Origin: a virus
Lineage: Duplodnaviria; Caudoviricetes
Reading direction: 5' to 3' (one strand)
Length of the DNA: 52,616 bases
IMG/VR virus record: IMGVR_UViG_3300048433_000716
Location: 1 to 52,616 of that record
Numbering within the stretch: position 1 is the first letter of the stretch; every line of letters starts with the position of its first letter. The position numbers were made by a program, and so were the translations under genes. Below, in pieces: positions 17,267-26,625 of this stretch. Below the pieces are notes generated by a model that was not told the DNA's origin, ran no database searches, and was given only the letters and a program-made list of their open reading frames with translations.

Positions 17267-17706
17267 TATTCTTTCTCCACATATGTAGAGCCAGCTTTGA
17301 CTAGCCCTAATCTTTCATAGAATTTATCCTTTCGATCCAAGTCTCCAGAATAAATATGCCCTAATCTCACTTTAAGTTTAGCATCTTTTGCCACTTTGAT
17401 AAACGCCTTTATTAGTGATACTGCAGAATCAGTTTTTCTTTGTGAAGGCGTTACATAAAACCATACATCAGACAAATAAGGCTGATTAGACCACCAGTCA
17501 GTTGTGGTCATGCCACCTATAGAGCCAGTAATCATATTGTCTTTAATGCTTACCAAAACTAAACCCTTGTGAACCACTTCGTTGATTTTATTAATCAACT
17601 TGTATTCGTCTATGGGTGCTAAATTTATTTCAGTATTGCTATGCATCTCCTTGAGCATAACATACAAAGCTGATATTTCATTAGCACCAGCTCTAACAAC
17701 TTGCAT
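17266..17706 (-). CDS. Morphogenesis-region GNAT acyltransferase
   Basis: WFYVTPSQRK and KFYERLGL GNAT motifs; directly upstream of the ejection proteins. Confidence 0.75.
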   Translation of the reverse strand: MQVVRAGANEISALYVMLKEMHSNTEINLAPIDEYKLINKINEVVHKGLVLVSIKDNMITGSIGGMTTTDWWSNQPYLSDVWFYVTPSQRKTDSAVSLIKAFIKVAKDAKLKVRLGHIYSGDLDRKDKFYERLGLVKAGSTYVEKE

Positions 17707-18077
17707 TACATATTACCTAATGCACCCATGTCTTTAGGCATATCACCTATTCCCATCTGATCTTCTTCCATTGCATCGCCAGCACCACTTTGCTCAACCA
17801 TTTCAATTAATTGTTGCATTTCTGGCAATAATTTAACTAAAACACTAGCAACCTCTGGTGTGATTGCTTTGTCTAACATTTGCAACTCTTCTGGAGTCAT
17901 GTTTGTTAGCCTCATGAAAAGTGCATTTTTTATGCCTTCACTTGGTCTCATGATAACATCATTTGCCTCTTGAGGCATACCCATGTCTAGTTGAGGATTT
18001 GCAGGCATTCTATCTCTAATACCCATCTGAGCCTCCATAGGCATTCTTTCGCCCATCATTTCCATATCTTCAGCCAT
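17706..18077 (-). CDS. Acidic Met-rich protein
   Basis: Start moved to ATG 18077 after GGAGG; ends MGALGNM. Confidence 0.75.
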   Translation of the reverse strand: MAEDMEMMGERMPMEAQMGIRDRMPANPQLDMGMPQEANDVIMRPSEGIKNALFMRLTNMTPEELQMLDKAITPEVASVLVKLLPEMQQLIEMVEQSGAGDAMEEDQMGIGDMPKDMGALGNM

Positions 18078-18079
18078 GA

Positions 18080-19462
18080 TTAAACCTCCTTTGTTTCGTA
18101 TAATACTGACCAATCTGTTTCTTTACAAAATAAGCCCAAAGTCCAACAAGCTGGCTCAAAGATTTTTCTATAAAGTTTACCAAGATAATCTGGCTTCTTT
18201 CTTTCGCCATATATGTAAGCTATTTCGTTTGCACGATGTTTTACCACATGTGTCCAAAATTTTACATATTTACCTTTTCTCATTTGCTTTACCATCCACA
18301 ATGCCCATAGATGATATCCATTTACATGTTTTGTAGATAGATAATCTCTAGTGAACTTGTAGTCATTGATAAGTTCTTTCCTTGTTATCAAGCCTTGTTT
18401 ATTCAATTCATTACATATCACTCGACCACCAAGTGCTCCACCAATCATACCTCCAATAGCTGTACCTATTCCTGGTAATATAGCAGTACCTATGGATTGA
18501 CCTATAGTAGTTCCAATCCCAGTCTTTGCTGCCTTTTCAACATCGCCTGTCAAAACAAGTGTGGTTGCTGCTGAAAACAACCCAGCAGTACCTGCCTGTC
18601 CAATATTTGCTTTACCTGCATCTGAAAATGGGTTTATTCTATCACCTACATTTTCAACATACCCAGATACCCCAGAAGCACTTGAAGATGTAACTGGTGC
18701 TCCAATATTTCCAAGTTTTGTTCCTTGTGTGGCAATATCATCGAAATCACCCATAAATTCAGGTGCTACTTTATATAAACCACCATCAGAACCAAATCCC
18801 ATACCTTGTTGAGCCATTGCACCTTGGTCATAAACAGACATTGTCATTTTGTCTGGGCCCAGCAAACTTGAGCTTTCTACTGTAATATCTTGCTGAAATG
18901 GCTCTAGTTGATTGTACAAAGCTTCGTTTCCAGTCATCTTTGCTGTTTTCAAAGTGTCTAATTCAGGAATATAAGCTTGATTAGTTTTTAAATTGGCAGG
19001 ATCAAAGCCTCTTCGAAGTTCATCTGTTAATCCATATGGGCTACGAGTAAATGTATCTAAAGCTCCCTCTCCTGCTCTACTTAATGCATCACCTTTGTAG
19101 TAACCACCTGGATTAACTATAGCTTCGCCAACTGCTGAACCAACTCTAGGGAGTACGCCTAATGCAGTTTCTGCTATAGCGTCAGCAAAAGTTGGAGCTT
19201 CTGGGTTCTGTAATCTGTATTGTTCATATTGCCTTTGGTATTCTCTATCTTCTGGTCTATTTGGGTCATAGGTTCTTTCCCCAACCTTGACTTGTCTAAT
19301 AAACTCAAAGATAGGCATAGCTTTTGTGCCATATACATTTTGTAAATTATCACCTTGACCACTTGAGTAGGCTCTATTTTCGTAAATATTATATGTTTTT
19401 GGTGTGTCAAGTGAATCAGATAAATTTAACACATTCCCAAGTTCATCATATTGCACAGCCAT
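18080..19462 (-). CDS. Putative virion protein with glycine zipper and C-terminal IC[N/T] domain
   Basis: 460 aa; GIGTTIG...IGGALGG followed by RVICNEL domain. Confidence 0.75.
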   Translation of the reverse strand: MAVQYDELGNVLNLSDSLDTPKTYNIYENRAYSSGQGDNLQNVYGTKAMPIFEFIRQVKVGERTYDPNRPEDREYQRQYEQYRLQNPEAPTFADAIAETALGVLPRVGSAVGEAIVNPGGYYKGDALSRAGEGALDTFTRSPYGLTDELRRGFDPANLKTNQAYIPELDTLKTAKMTGNEALYNQLEPFQQDITVESSSLLGPDKMTMSVYDQGAMAQQGMGFGSDGGLYKVAPEFMGDFDDIATQGTKLGNIGAPVTSSSASGVSGYVENVGDRINPFSDAGKANIGQAGTAGLFSAATTLVLTGDVEKAAKTGIGTTIGQSIGTAILPGIGTAIGGMIGGALGGRVICNELNKQGLITRKELINDYKFTRDYLSTKHVNGYHLWALWMVKQMRKGKYVKFWTHVVKHRANEIAYIYGERKKPDYLGKLYRKIFEPACWTLGLFCKETDWSVLYETKEV

Positions 19463-19472
19463 TTTAAACTCC

Positions 19473-19793
19473 TTATGTAACCTCTAGAAAACTACCTACA
19501 ACATGCAATCTGTCTGCAGTTGCTGCAGTTACTTTTAGAATTTGATCTTCTTCTAGCACCAAAGGTTGCGTTAACAATTCTTCTGTTCCATTTGCACCAA
19601 TAGTCTTTGTTTTGTATATACTAAACACATTAGCCCCATTTGTTAAGGTTAAAGTTATAGTATCGCCACTTCCACTATCATCTGACACTAATATTGATTT
19701 GAATATCGCACTTGTTGCAGTAGGTGCAGTGTACAAAGTTGTTGCATCAGTTGTAGTCAAGTCTAGTAGTGCATTTTTATAACTATTAGCCAT
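19473..19793 (-). CDS. Small virion structural protein
   Basis: Thr-rich beta protein, TLYTAP motif, tail region. Confidence 0.65.
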   Translation of the reverse strand: MANSYKNALLDLTTTDATTLYTAPTATSAIFKSILVSDDSGSGDTITLTLTNGANVFSIYKTKTIGANGTEELLTQPLVLEEDQILKVTAATADRLHVVGSFLEVT

Positions 19794-19974
19794 TAAACCA
19801 ACTCACTGCCTCAGAAATCTCTTGTGTTGTTTTACTTGATGAATTTTGTGACAATATAATGTTTCTTGTCTGCAATTCTAATGAATTTACTAAAGAATTT
19901 GCCCACGTTGTGGAGTATGTGCCAGTTGGGGTAGGCATTCTAATATTAAGATTTGTTGGTGCTGACTCACTCAT
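19786..19974 (-). CDS. Small tail-associated protein
   Basis: 62 aa, coupled to the nozzle gene. Confidence 0.6.
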   Translation of the reverse strand: MSESAPTNLNIRMPTPTGTYSTTWANSLVNSLELQTRNIILSQNSSSKTTQEISEAVSWFNG

Positions 19975-21875
19975 CTAAAACCATCCTGTCTTGTGTTTAT
20001 TCTAAAATCGCCTAATTGCCACTGATCTTCTGTACCTGTGCTTGCTATTTTCATTGTCATTTGTCTTGCTTTCGCTCTAGTGCTAACCTTTTCTGTTTGA
20101 TTAGTAACAGTAAAAGTGCCCTTTGTTATATCAGGGGCATTAGGGTATTTTCTAGTTTTTAACGTAATAGATAAACTTGTATCGTCAGTAGCAGTCAAGT
20201 CAGGTATAATTTTATCTACTAAAAATGTATTATCACCACCTTGTGATATTTCCATAGCAGAACTTTCTACAAAACTATTCATTGCAGAGCCATTGTCGCT
20301 TGTCCCAGTTTCATGATTATAAAGTATTCCATTTTCATCAAAAGCAAAAGGCACTTGCCTAACGCCAAATGCGTCTGACCAAACAGTTCTATTTAAAGTA
20401 CCTACTGACCAAGCTAATTCTTGATAATTGTATGTTACATAACTATCAGGCTCTGGGTTATCAGCTTCCCTTGGATTATCGTTGCTAACATAAAACCAAG
20501 TAATCTCATTAAATTTTTTGTTATGACCAACAACTGTTTTGTCAATATAATTTAGTTGCATTCTGTCATAAACGAAATACTGCACTGAGCAAGGCAAGTC
20601 TTTGACAATCCCATCATATATAAAGAAACTAGATTTCCCCATCCAATATACTGTGTTGTCTACAGATATAATTGTGTTTTTACCAGCAGCACCACAATTT
20701 GTAGCAAGTAACCTAAAGGAAAATATAAATGGCGGACCTATAAAACTCATGCCATAAGCTGCCTCGTCAGTAGCTATGAATGTTTCATCTTTGGCATTTG
20801 CTACGCCAATAATCTTAGTGCCCACCTCTAGCCTTTGGTCTCCTGCAGTATTAGTTACTGTTGGTTGCCATTGTGCAAAATTCTCTTGGTTTGACCACCT
20901 AACTAACATAGGGTCGATGTTGCCTAAGCTTCCTATTGGGTCGCTACCAAAACATACTAGATGTCTATCTGGAAAAGATATCAATGAAACTCTAGCAGTA
21001 GTAGGCACAGAAGTGGCGTCTGCCTCATCTGAAACCAATGAAGCTCTGGTCATCTCACCTACTGAGGTATCCCAATAATATATTTGTCCATTACGAACAG
21101 TAGCTATCAAATCTTCACCCCAAAGATTTAAACTCCATTGTGAATTTTCTAACCTAATATCACTTTGGTTAGTGCTTCTGGGTGTTCCCCATGTACCTGT
21201 GCTCCATGTGCCAACACCCCATCCTAGTGCTGGATCTGCTGACTGCTGACCTAATCCTTCTTGTACACCTATTAGATATTTAACATCTAAACTAGTGCCA
21301 CCACCAGTTGCAGTACTACTGGCTGCCGTTGGTACTGTTATACTATAACTATTGGCGTTTATATATGTTATTTGGTATCCTTCTATACGATTTAGTGTAT
21401 CAGCATCTATGCCTCCAACTGCAGTGGCTTGCTCCATAATTATAAAGTCACCATCTGAAGCACCATGAGATGTGTCAGTTACAGTTACAGTCGTGCTCCC
21501 ATCTGTAGTTGATAATGGATTGCTTAAATTTGTAGATGTGGCTCTTAATGGAGTTATGTCGTATAGAGCGTTATTTACAATCAAATATAGATGATTGTGT
21601 GTACCTATAGCAATTCTATCTTCGCCATCAGTATTTGCTCTCCATGATATCATGTTTCTAGCAATACCTTGTATTGTGGCTTCTTCATTAGTTATATCGC
21701 CATTTGCATCAACTTTGTCATATACTTCCTTTAACCATCCTCCAATTTTCTCTGCATAACCATTTTTAAATCTAATAAAGTTTCCATCTATCCAATACGG
21801 CCCGTTCTTACCAGCAGCATATTGTGTGATATCCTTTACTATTCCTGGTTTAATTTGCATCAATTGTAATGGCAT
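19971..21875 (-). CDS. Tail nozzle / head-closure (stabilisation) protein
   Basis: 634 aa beta-rich protein, VRWSNQE motif, C-terminal QLGDFRINTRQDGFR. Confidence 0.72.
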   Translation of the reverse strand: MPLQLMQIKPGIVKDITQYAAGKNGPYWIDGNFIRFKNGYAEKIGGWLKEVYDKVDANGDITNEEATIQGIARNMISWRANTDGEDRIAIGTHNHLYLIVNNALYDITPLRATSTNLSNPLSTTDGSTTVTVTDTSHGASDGDFIIMEQATAVGGIDADTLNRIEGYQITYINANSYSITVPTAASSTATGGGTSLDVKYLIGVQEGLGQQSADPALGWGVGTWSTGTWGTPRSTNQSDIRLENSQWSLNLWGEDLIATVRNGQIYYWDTSVGEMTRASLVSDEADATSVPTTARVSLISFPDRHLVCFGSDPIGSLGNIDPMLVRWSNQENFAQWQPTVTNTAGDQRLEVGTKIIGVANAKDETFIATDEAAYGMSFIGPPFIFSFRLLATNCGAAGKNTIISVDNTVYWMGKSSFFIYDGIVKDLPCSVQYFVYDRMQLNYIDKTVVGHNKKFNEITWFYVSNDNPREADNPEPDSYVTYNYQELAWSVGTLNRTVWSDAFGVRQVPFAFDENGILYNHETGTSDNGSAMNSFVESSAMEISQGGDNTFLVDKIIPDLTATDDTSLSITLKTRKYPNAPDITKGTFTVTNQTEKVSTRAKARQMTMKIASTGTEDQWQLGDFRINTRQDGFR

Positions 21876-22327
21876 TATGTAACAAACCCTATATTTCTCA
21901 TTCTTTCACAAAGCCTATTAGCTCTATTAGGAACTTGTTTTGCCCATTTACTATCTTCCATTTGTATTGCTGCTTCTATCCAATTATGATCATCTACTGC
22001 CGCTTTCATTTTTTTAAATGCACTTAAACGAGGGCGACCAAGATTAAACATCATATTGGCAATGATTAATTGTGCCTCTTCTGGCAACTCATAAAAGTTG
22101 TCATAGAGTATGGTGCAGTCATCTAAGACCTTTTCTATGTCTTCAGCAAATAACTCATTTACTCTTTCTACAGAAACTGGATCTCCTACTTCTAAATTGT
22201 TTTCTGGGTCTGTAGCTCTACATAGATGCCCAATGCCACAAGTCTTGTACCCAAGATGATCTAGGTATATTTCGTACTCACAACCTTCGTCTTCTATTAA
22301 TTGCTGTTTTAAAACTTCTATATCCAT
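21875..22327 (-). CDS. Endolysin (T4-like lysozyme family)
   Basis: DEG...YLDHLGYKTCGIGH (E-x8-D-x5-T triad), NMMFNLG, DSKWAKQVPNRA. Confidence 0.9.
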   Translation of the reverse strand: MDIEVLKQQLIEDEGCEYEIYLDHLGYKTCGIGHLCRATDPENNLEVGDPVSVERVNELFAEDIEKVLDDCTILYDNFYELPEEAQLIIANMMFNLGRPRLSAFKKMKAAVDDHNWIEAAIQMEDSKWAKQVPNRANRLCERMRNIGFVT

Positions 22328-22722
22328 TACTTAGTTAATCCTTTTTGCTTCTCATATGTTCTGAGCCCGCCAAGTCCCAGCATTCCCATCAAAACGGTCA
22401 TAAGTGAACCCATATCAAAACTTGGCAAATCTGGTATAGTTACTCCTAAATATGCACATAAGAATATTGTAACAGGAGCTAGGACAAAATGCCAACATAA
22501 AGCGATACCACATGTCCAACCAATAAATGGTCTCCAGCCTGCAACAAATATTGATTTGTGTTGTGCTTCTGCTTTGTTGATTTCTAACTGACCTTTAGCA
22601 AGTTCTTGAGCATGTTTCTCAGACATGGTGGCTATATCGTGAGCCAATTTAGCCTTTTGGTCTTTGTCTTCTATGAATTTGTCTAAAAGTCCTGTAACGG
22701 GACCAATTAAAGCTTGCAACAT
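22327..22722 (-). CDS. 3TM holin (GTA-type)
   Basis: FVAGWRPFIGW and GMLGLGGLRTYEK motifs; next to the lysozyme. Confidence 0.85.
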   Translation of the reverse strand: MLQALIGPVTGLLDKFIEDKDQKAKLAHDIATMSEKHAQELAKGQLEINKAEAQHKSIFVAGWRPFIGWTCGIALCWHFVLAPVTIFLCAYLGVTIPDLPSFDMGSLMTVLMGMLGLGGLRTYEKQKGLTK

Positions 22723-22916
22723 TAATATACCCTCACCTTATTTGTATCTACATTAGCTACCAATTTACACATACATTGATAAACTTGCTCTTTATCATTT
22801 TTTTTAATAATTTGATTATGCAACTGATTTTTATAAGCCAAACAGTCATTTATGTTTTTAAAGTATATAAATTCCATTGTAGCCCCTAAATAACAGACTA
22901 GCATGAACGCAGTCAC
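22722..22916 (-). CDS. Small Cys-containing protein in the lysis cluster
   Basis: 64 aa, coupled to both neighbours. Confidence 0.6.
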   Translation of the reverse strand: MTAFMLVCYLGATMEFIYFKNINDCLAYKNQLHNQIIKKNDKEQVYQCMCKLVANVDTNKVRVY

Positions 22917-23221
22917 TTTCTAGACATCCATGCAGTAGTACCCATATATGCCCCTACAATACCAGCACCTGATAAATAAAATAGGTTCGATATATCAGAT
23001 AACGCCTTAACTCTTTCTATATCTACAAAAAACATAGCTAGTGTAAACAAGCCCATAGATATTAATGTATACCTAGCCATTCTCAGTTGGGCTAAGTGTT
23101 TTCTTAATTCGTCTTCAGTTTTTTTTATTTCTTTAACATGAGATAGCTCTTCGTCAGTTACGATACCATCGCCATCTTCATCGTATTCTTCGTATTTACT
23201 ATTTTTTTGAAATTTCTTCAT
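22913..23221 (-). CDS. Two-TM membrane protein with EF-hand-like loop
   Basis: DEDGDGIVTDEE followed by two hydrophobic segments; start moved to 23221. Confidence 0.7.
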   Translation of the reverse strand: MKKFQKNSKYEEYDEDGDGIVTDEELSHVKEIKKTEDELRKHLAQLRMARYTLISMGLFTLAMFFVDIERVKALSDISNLFYLSGAGIVGAYMGTTAWMSRK

Positions 23222-23222
23222 T

Positions 23223-23408
23223 TTACATTTTGTATATAATAGTTGCCATAAATACAATTAAAGTACTTGCAAAGCCTATCATTATGCTTTCAATTCTTTT
23301 AATACGAAGAATAGTTTCCTTCCAGCGTTCTGCACAAACTGCCTCGTGAGTGTCTAATTGAGCTTTAACTTCTGTTGTTTTTACCATTTCAACCTCATTT
23401 GTATACAT
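23223..23408 (-). CDS. Coiled-coil plus TM protein in the lysis cluster
   Basis: HEAVCAERW then C-terminal TM; start may be at MVKTT. Confidence 0.65.
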   Translation of the reverse strand: MYTNEVEMVKTTEVKAQLDTHEAVCAERWKETILRIKRIESIMIGFASTLIVFMATIIYKM

Positions 23409-23444
23409 ACATAATACACAAAAAAGACTTTTTAGACTAGCCCA

Positions 23445-24014
23445 TTATTTAAAAGGTTGTCCACAGAACCATGCTACTAAGGAGTATCTTGTTCCTTTTG
23501 TTACAGGTCTTACTCTGTGTACCATGTAAGATGGAAAAACAATTACAGTTCCCATTTTTTCTTTTATTAAGTTCTTGTCTTCAAAAAACTCAAACTCGCC
23601 ACCTTCATAATCTTCATTAAGCACAATTGTCATTGATAATTTTCTAGTTGTTCTATGAAGAAATTTGTTGATTGGGTTATTAAATCTTGTAAAGCCATCT
23701 CCATCAAAATGAAAATCGTAATGCCCATCTTTTTCGTATTCTGTTATTTGCATTGGCTCACAAGCACTAATTTCAAAGTTCCAGTTTGAGTTTTTGTTTG
23801 CAGTGTGTAAAAACTCCCAACATATATTAAAAAGCCATTCATCATTTGACCATGCCACATTGGTTTTTCTTTTTTCTTTGTCAAGTTTGATTTCTGTAGT
23901 CACACCTACTTTTGCTTCTTCCCATTTACCTTTTCCTAACTCAATAATTTTTTGACATATTTCTTTATTTAAAGCTTTATCAAAGACCCAATATGCATGT
24001 TTGGCATCACCCAT
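23445..24014 (-). CDS. 2OG-Fe(II) oxygenase (prolyl hydroxylase-like)
   Basis: HFD...RKLS...YEGGEF...FPSYMVHRVRPV...RYSLVAW. Confidence 0.9.
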   Translation of the reverse strand: MGDAKHAYWVFDKALNKEICQKIIELGKGKWEEAKVGVTTEIKLDKEKRKTNVAWSNDEWLFNICWEFLHTANKNSNWNFEISACEPMQITEYEKDGHYDFHFDGDGFTRFNNPINKFLHRTTRKLSMTIVLNEDYEGGEFEFFEDKNLIKEKMGTVIVFPSYMVHRVRPVTKGTRYSLVAWFCGQPFK

Positions 24015-24602
24015 TTAATTATTTTCTGTTATTAGTTTTAAATTAAATGATATAGCTATTCTACTTTTGCTCATATTTAAGTCTACTGAGTGTGGTAAAT
24101 CTGATTTCCATATAAATATATTACCTTTTTGTGCAGGAAAACGCCATTCGTTTGAATTGTATTTATTATACTCTTTAAAATGAAATCTTGAATTAGGGTC
24201 GTTAATAAATTCATGTCTATGAAATATTATATCCGCACTATTGGGTTCTGTATGCACATAAAAATTACCACTTAAATCACAGTATCCATTATGTCCATGT
24301 ACTTTATGTTGACCATATTTATACATCTCTGACACCCATATAGTTTCTATGGATACTCTATTTACATTTTGTATTTGTAATTTTTCACAATAAGCAAAAG
24401 CATTTTTAAAAATAAAATCATATAATACTTGAAACTTTTCGTTATATTCATTCCATATATTAGTATTAAAAAATGATGTCTTGCCAAATTTATATCTTCC
24501 ATCTTTAGGAAGGCGAGATAAAATGTCTTTACATGGCTGCAATATACTATCTGCTATAGCCTCGTCTTTGTTTCTTTGAATGTAGGTTGTGAATAAATCC
24601 AT
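24015..24602 (-). CDS. 2OG-Fe(II) oxygenase (TIGR02466-like)
   Basis: HGH...LSGNFYV...SDLPHSV...RIAISFN; start moved to 24602. Confidence 0.85.
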   Translation of the reverse strand: MDLFTTYIQRNKDEAIADSILQPCKDILSRLPKDGRYKFGKTSFFNTNIWNEYNEKFQVLYDFIFKNAFAYCEKLQIQNVNRVSIETIWVSEMYKYGQHKVHGHNGYCDLSGNFYVHTEPNSADIIFHRHEFINDPNSRFHFKEYNKYNSNEWRFPAQKGNIFIWKSDLPHSVDLNMSKSRIAISFNLKLITENN

Positions 24603-24606
24603 CTTA

Positions 24607-25179
24607 TTACCAAAGATAGCTGAACCAACCAGTAATGATAGTTTTTTCTTGAGTTTTTGATATTTGACCACAATGTGTGTGTGTCCAATCAGCGGGCCAG
24701 ATAATTGTTTTACCCTTTTGTGCTTTTACAATTCTATTTTGATAGACAAATTTAGTTCCACCATCTTCTACATCATTTAAATATGTCATAAACACTAAAC
24801 ATCTTTTTAACGTCAAATTAAATGAGCCATCTCTTTCACAATGCTCCGCTTTAAAACCTTCATCCTTTTTGTAATGTTGTATATTGTAAGGCTCTGCCAC
24901 GTTGAATCTATATAATTTATTAACTTGTGGGTACGTTTCAACATACAGATTTAAACAATTTTGTAATTCGTTACGATAGTCTCCAAAGGGTCTGTCATTG
25001 TTATTAGGCTCAATACTTAAATCAGTAGATATTTTAATATCATCTTTTACTGTTTTCTTGTTTGTTGATTGTACAATTCCTTTGTGGTGTAAATGTATAT
25101 TATTTTTATAGTAATCTAATATTTCGTCACATATATATTCAGGTATTGTCCAACTTGATATAAAATCGCTACTCATCAA
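24607..25179 (-). CDS. 2OG-Fe(II) oxygenase (prolyl 4-hydroxylase-like)
   Basis: HCE...MTYLNDVEDGGT...WPADWTHTH...KTIITGW. Confidence 0.88.
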   Translation of the reverse strand: MMSSDFISSWTIPEYICDEILDYYKNNIHLHHKGIVQSTNKKTVKDDIKISTDLSIEPNNNDRPFGDYRNELQNCLNLYVETYPQVNKLYRFNVAEPYNIQHYKKDEGFKAEHCERDGSFNLTLKRCLVFMTYLNDVEDGGTKFVYQNRIVKAQKGKTIIWPADWTHTHCGQISKTQEKTIITGWFSYLW

Positions 25180-25636
25180 ATGTTAATAGTTCCCACCCTT
25201 GTGTGTTATCTGTTTGATAGGCATCTTCATTCCATGTGTAAGGCGTTTCATTGCTATCATCACTTGGTCTAGGAATAGGTGCTTCCCACACACAAGAAGT
25301 TTCATTTAATGACCAAGATGGATAAGTTTGAGGCTCATAAAAGGCATTTCTTGTTGCGTCATATATCCCACCTAATATTGGGTAATTTTTTCTAAATGCT
25401 TTACTTTGGTCAGAAGATGGTACAGTAGCTCTACCTTGCTCATCCCTTTCCCAATAAATACCCCCAATTGTATTATATGACGCTTGTTTCCAATTTGGGT
25501 GTCCAGTTAAATTAGTTAAAAAGTCAATTCCTAGTTGCTCTTGCTCTACACCATTCTCGTCAAGAATAACTTCATCAGCCACTCTAACTATGTCTTCTAC
25601 TATATTATCTGTTCCAATTTTTGCAAAGTGTGCCAT
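25169..25636 (-). CDS. Tail-fibre-associated protein
   Basis: MAHFAKI, WKQASYN, FRKNY, YPSW and WEAPIP motifs; follows the Gly-rich fibre gene. Confidence 0.7.
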   Translation of the reverse strand: MAHFAKIGTDNIVEDIVRVADEVILDENGVEQEQLGIDFLTNLTGHPNWKQASYNTIGGIYWERDEQGRATVPSSDQSKAFRKNYPILGGIYDATRNAFYEPQTYPSWSLNETSCVWEAPIPRPSDDSNETPYTWNEDAYQTDNTQGWELLTFDE

Positions 25637-26622
25637 TACGCAGTATAACTCCCAGAACCTGTAAACTTCATAATAGTATTACTTCCACTTGTTGTAACTG
25701 TTGGTGAACCAGTTGTTGTGCCTGAATAGTTAGATGTAGGCACACTTAATATTACTACGCCAGAGCCACCTGAGCCACCTCCTGAATTACTGTCAGTAGC
25801 ACCTCCACCACCACCTAGATTAGCAGTGCCAGGTGTCCCAGCAGTTCCTGTTCCTGCGGGTCCACCTCCACCAGAACCTCCAGGACCTTCTCTTACGCCA
25901 CCTCTTCCCGCAGCACCTCCACCACCTGCATAGGTTACTGAGCTTCCAGTTATATTACTTACTGAACCATTACCACCACCTGCTTCGTGTCCACTAGAGT
26001 TACTTCCTGTGTCTCCTACATTACCTGCACCTCCACCACCTCCACCTTGACCAGTGTTAGGACTACTAGTTCCTGCACTACCACCCCCATTGTTTCCTTG
26101 ACTTGGCGATACTGAAGGCACGTTACCTTGTCCTCCAGGTCTTCCTTGAATAGATCCTCCTCCAGACCCACCAGGGTCTGGGGTATAGATGGCGGGTCCA
26201 CCTGCATCAAAAGATATCCCACCTGCACCACCTGCACTTTGGATAGTTGTCAGTCCAGAACCTGATATAGTGGATGTTCCTCCAAATCCTCCATGTGAAG
26301 AGTTAGTTCCACCAGAGCCACCAGCACCAACTTGAACTGAAATTACAGTTCCACCATCTACAGTTTGCGTTGATGTTCTAAATCCACCTGCTCCTGCTCC
26401 AGAAGCTGCAAATCTATTTCCACCTCCTCCTCCTCCTGCAACTATAAGGAAGTTAACGCTATAGGAAGCTGAAGTTCCATAGAAGTCAGCGGCTAGTTCT
26501 ATTTGTCCAGATGCTGGGGCGTTACCTTTGCCATAATATTCTGATAAAGCGATTGGGTTAGAGCCACCAAATTCACCTTGAATATCAGATAAACTAATTT
26601 GACCAGAACTAGGAAGAGGCAT
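25636..26622 (-). CDS. Glycine-rich tail fibre / adhesin protein
   Basis: Phage fibre-like N-terminus SLSDIQGEFGG and many polyglycine runs. Confidence 0.75.
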   Translation of the reverse strand: MPLPSSGQISLSDIQGEFGGSNPIALSEYYGKGNAPASGQIELAADFYGTSASYSVNFLIVAGGGGGGNRFAASGAGAGGFRTSTQTVDGGTVISVQVGAGGSGGTNSSHGGFGGTSTISGSGLTTIQSAGGAGGISFDAGGPAIYTPDPGGSGGGSIQGRPGGQGNVPSVSPSQGNNGGGSAGTSSPNTGQGGGGGGAGNVGDTGSNSSGHEAGGGNGSVSNITGSSVTYAGGGGAAGRGGVREGPGGSGGGGPAGTGTAGTPGTANLGGGGGATDSNSGGGSGGSGVVILSVPTSNYSGTTTGSPTVTTSGSNTIMKFTGSGSYTA

Positions 26623-26625
26623 TTA

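Noticed and set aside
18080-18425. C-terminal domain as an intein or Hint domain
   Set aside because: Lacks CF..GT and TxxH motifs and looks helical.
12764-21078. Many 60-100 aa + strand ORFs within the late region
   Set aside because: All lie fully antisense to long, tightly coupled minus-strand genes.
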